DNA of 64,000 bases from assembly GCA_958009085.1 (NCBI GenBank), contig OY253673.1, positions 558,001 through 622,000 on the forward strand. Direction: 5' to 3'. The notes below the pieces were generated by a model. That model saw nothing but the letters and a program-made list of their open reading frames with translations. It did not search any database and was not told the DNA's origin. The position numbers were made by a program, and so were the translations under genes. Source of the DNA: Protoeuglena noctilucae. Its lineage: Eukaryota. Position 1 is the first letter of the stretch. Every line of letters begins with the position of its first letter. This document shows, in pieces, positions 63,101 through 64,000 of this stretch.

Positions 63101-64000
63101 CTTGCGCACCCGGTCCGCCCGCTTAGCGATCTCCGCGGACAGCTTGCGGGCCGCGTAGCCCCTGACGTGCTTCTGGATCAGCACGGCGGCCGCCTGGCGC
63201 CGCCGGCTCTCGATGCGCAGCGACTGCACCCTGCGCCGCGCCAGCATCCCCCGGGCGTGCGACTGGATGCGCGTGGCCGCCACGACCCGCCTCTTCGTCT
63301 CTGCGACGCGCTGCCCCGCCCGGCGACGCGCCAGGGCGCCGTGCGCGTGCGACTGGATGGACGTCGCCGCCCTCTCGTCCCACTCGCTCGCCAGCATCTC
63401 TGCCCGTCGTCGGCCCATCACGCCCCGCGCCAGGCCTTGCAACAGCTCCACTGCCCACTCGTCCTCGACATCGCCTGCGTCGTCCGGGACCCCTCTCTCC
63501 ACCTCACCCATGCATGAAACCACCTCGAGCTCTGCCGCCCCCGCACCCAGGCCGGCGCTCGTGCCAGACACCTCCGCGCCCGCACCAGGCAATGCAGCTG
63601 CGTCCGAGCTGCCCCCATCCACCCCCGCCGTCGCAAGCGCCACACCCCCGGCGCCCGCTGCATCCTCTGCACCCCATTGCCCAGGCCCTTCCCTGTCCTC
63701 GAAATCGTCGCCGTAGTCATCTTCATATGCCACGCCCTCCGCTACCGTGGCAGCCACCTCCAGGGCCCCCGTCTCTCGGCCACTGCCACTGCCGCGACTC
63801 CCCGGCGCGTCCTCCTCCCCCCGGCTCTCCTCTTCGCGCGCCAGGGCCTCAACCAGCTCCTCTGTGAGGCGGTGCACGTAAGCGGACGAAGGCGCAGACG
63901 ACAGGCCCCCGTCGCTCAGGCCCTCCAAATCAGCCGCCACCGCCTCCACCAGCGCGTGCACGGCGCGGTGCACCGCGACTGCCGATGGGGCAGAGGACAG
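60107..64000 (-). CDS. Large IQ-motif protein with MYND-like zinc finger and disordered tail; 5' part outside the window, 3' end uncertain
   Basis: IQ motifs IQSHAHGALARR, IQSHARGMLARR, IQKHVRGYAARK, IQAFERGRQARR; CRECG..CPDCGESLFCSHACL..HRVVHC. Confidence 0.7.

Overview
GC-rich, gene-dense eukaryotic nuclear DNA with short spliceosomal introns, most likely from a flagellated green alga. It carries plastid-targeted FtsH, HDS/IspG, PPT, VIR3-like and MPH1-like genes together with the centriole/flagellar genes SAS-6 and TTC29-like. About 26 intron-containing protein genes can be reconstructed by hand, arranged almost strictly as alternating divergent/convergent pairs. Most ORFs in the six-frame track are GC-driven shadows. 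Two things stand out. (1) A ~1.5-kb stretch (55.7-57.2 kb) has no credible protein product and folds into two adjacent long stem-loops. The G:U wobble pairs of the second hairpin point to a + strand RNA, so this is a candidate polycistronic miRNA/hairpin-RNA gene, and it sits where the gene-orientation pattern predicts a + strand transcript. (2) At least 12 introns use GC rather than GT donors. Protein names come from my recall of family motifs, not database searches. Exon boundaries and several start codons are manual inferences.
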